NCBI GenBank assembly: GCA_900299125.1
Contig: OMIR01000047.1
Coordinates: 23,234 to 47,233 of the forward strand
From: Nitrosopumilales archaeon
GTDB lineage: Archaea > Thermoproteota > Nitrososphaeria > Nitrososphaerales > Nitrosopumilaceae
DNA: 24,000 nucleotides
Reading direction: 5' to 3'
Position numbers and translations under genes: made by a program
The notes under the pieces: generated by a model
Databases searched by the model: none
Seen by the model: the letters and a program-made list of their open reading frames with translations, nothing else
What the model was told of the DNA's origin: nothing
Part shown: piece after piece, positions 22,513 to 24,000 of the stretch
Position numbering within the stretch: position 1 is the stretch's first letter
How the letters are laid out: every line of letters starts with the position of its first letter

Positions 22513-24000
22513 TGCAAACATTACAATTACGAAATGATACGTTAGTAGAAATTGCCACTTTTTTGGCACGAAGATGGTCAGAGAGGGAGAAAATAACAGT
22601 TGAATTTTCCGATAAAAAAGAGACAATTACAAAACTAAAAGAGAATAAGATTAGTCTGGTCTCACCTGAGCGCTATTCTGGTACAGATTTTGAGAAATAT
22701 AGACAATTTCGTGTAGCTATATGGTATGAAGCAATGCGTATTAGATTTTGCAAAAAAATTCTATCAAATGATCATGCTTTTGGATTTATTCTTAATACAA
22801 TAGAAACCAGGCGTGTAGAAATGCTTGGTAGAAAAACCTGGTGCGGTATGGATGAGGAGTTAATCTTCAACTACTCTTACCTTTGGCTATACAGGCCTCA
22901 GTTAGAGAGTATTTTGGGAAAATCCAGAGTGCTTGAGGCATTTTATCAAAAATTTCTCCTAGGAGACATTAAAGGAGAATTACAACCTAGTTATGCAGAC
23001 AGAGTTGCAACTGCTGCCACTAAAGCAAAAGAGATTATCACAGATGCAATAGATAAAAACTACGACACAGATTGGTTAGAAAAAAAAATTCCAGAAATTC
23101 TCAGTATTTTAAACATTGATGCACTAACCACTGTTCCATTGATTGTGCCTTGGAAAGGTCCAAGCTTGATGATAACACCCCAAGATTTTGAAAATGCCCT
23201 ACAAAAAATAATTCAAAACAAGGAAAAAGATTTTGGTGAAATTGACAAAGACAGCATTATTTCTGGAAAATCAATAGCAGAAGAATTTCAGGTAATTAAA
23301 GACGAAAACAAGAAAAACGAGAACAAAGGACTCAGTAGTCAATCAATTGGAATTCAGGTACCGGGTTCCACTAATATTGATGAAACCCGAATTTATGATC
23401 AAGATCTAATTAGCAATCTAAAAGCCAAATTCAAAGATTGGAAGACTAGTTGGAAAGAACAGCAAGTTTTTGCAGGTGATGAATTTGATGCTGAATCTTT
23501 TGTAGAAGGATACAAACCATTTGTAGTCGACGTAAAAAAATCAATTAAATCCAAGATAATGATACTTTTAGATCATTCATCCAGTATTACTGAACAGCAA
23601 GGAGAATACAAAAAAGCAACATTGGCTTTATGTGAAGTCTTGTCATTTTTGAAAATAAAATTTTCCGTTTTTGCTTTCAATACGACACAAAAACAAATTG
23701 TATGTTGGATGATAAAACCAGAAGAGACAAAATGGAACAACGCCTGTGCTAAAAGACTAGCACAGATTGAAGCAAATGGTGGTACGCCGCTTGCTGATAT
23801 ATATCAAAAAATGTTTCCCACTCTAAAATCCAAAAAACCAGACATATTTTTGACCCTCTCTGACGGTGAGCCTTCAGATCCTGATGCAGTTAGAGCAATG
23901 GTAAAATCATTAAAGGCAATAGGAATTAGAATGGTTGCAATAGGTGTTGGGCATAATACATTAAGTGCAACTACAATTGCCAATAATCTGAAGTTTTTAG
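22512..24000 (+). CDS. von Willebrand factor A (vWA) domain protein, partner of the AAA+ ATPase (NorD/CbbO/CobT-like), 3'-truncated by the window edge
   Basis: I translated it codon by codon and it is open from ATG 22512 to base 24000 (496 codons). The start overlaps the ATPase stop (TAATG). vWA MIDAS residues are present: ILLDHSSSI (DxSxS), ANGGTP, LSDGEP. It is not in the ORF track because no stop lies in the window. Confidence 0.8.
   Translation, partial: MQTLQLRNDTLVEIATFLARRWSEREKITVEFSDKKETITKLKENKISLVSPERYSGTDFEKYRQFRVAIWYEAMRIRFCKKILSNDHAFGFILNTIETRRVEMLGRKTWCGMDEELIFNYSYLWLYRPQLESILGKSRVLEAFYQKFLLGDIKGELQPSYADRVATAATKAKEIITDAIDKNYDTDWLEKKIPEILSILNIDALTTVPLIVPWKGPSLMITPQDFENALQKIIQNKEKDFGEIDKDSIISGKSIAEEFQVIKDENKKNENKGLSSQSIGIQVPGSTNIDETRIYDQDLISNLKAKFKDWKTSWKEQQVFAGDEFDAESFVEGYKPFVVDVKKSIKSKIMILLDHSSSITEQQGEYKKATLALCEVLSFLKIKFSVFAFNTTQKQIVCWMIKPEETKWNNACAKRLAQIEANGGTPLADIYQKMFPTLKSKKPDIFLTLSDGEPSDPDAVRAMVKSLKAIGIRMVAIGVGHNTLSATTIANNLKFL

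Overview
AT-rich, densely packed archaeal chromosome segment. I read it as an ammonia-oxidising thaumarchaeon (Nitrosopumilus-like), because it carries the archaeal ammonia monooxygenase locus: amoA-amoX-amoC on the minus strand and amoB divergent on the plus strand (about 11.5-14.1 kb). Three further membrane or extracytoplasmic protein genes follow amoB (14.2-15.5 kb). The rest is mostly housekeeping: PheRS alpha and beta, TrpRS, SerRS, ribosomal proteins S15 and S3Ae, a RecJ/DHH-like nuclease, Pcc1, archaeal PPAT and a geranylgeranyl reductase. There are four tRNA genes, two with introns; tRNA-Leu has two introns, one of them in the D-arm. Other genes are an orphan Dam-family DNA methyltransferase wedged between tRNA-Thr and amoA, an HTH regulator with a B12-binding-like C-terminal region, and a MoxR/NorQ-like AAA+ ATPase with a vWA partner at the 3' edge. 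Features absent from the ORF track that I support from sequence: a candidate C/D box sRNA (20078-20151), a 38-aa leaderless membrane ORF (7815-7931), two edge-truncated ORFs, a GC-rich structured 250-nt spacer (1028-1277), a recurrent CT-rich terminator module, and GATC motifs about 60 nt upstream of several amo-linked genes. I found no CRISPR array, integrase, transposase or recognisable defence system. The most interesting content is the extended AMO neighbourhood and its possible shared cis-elements. All family assignments come from motif recognition by eye, with no database searches.
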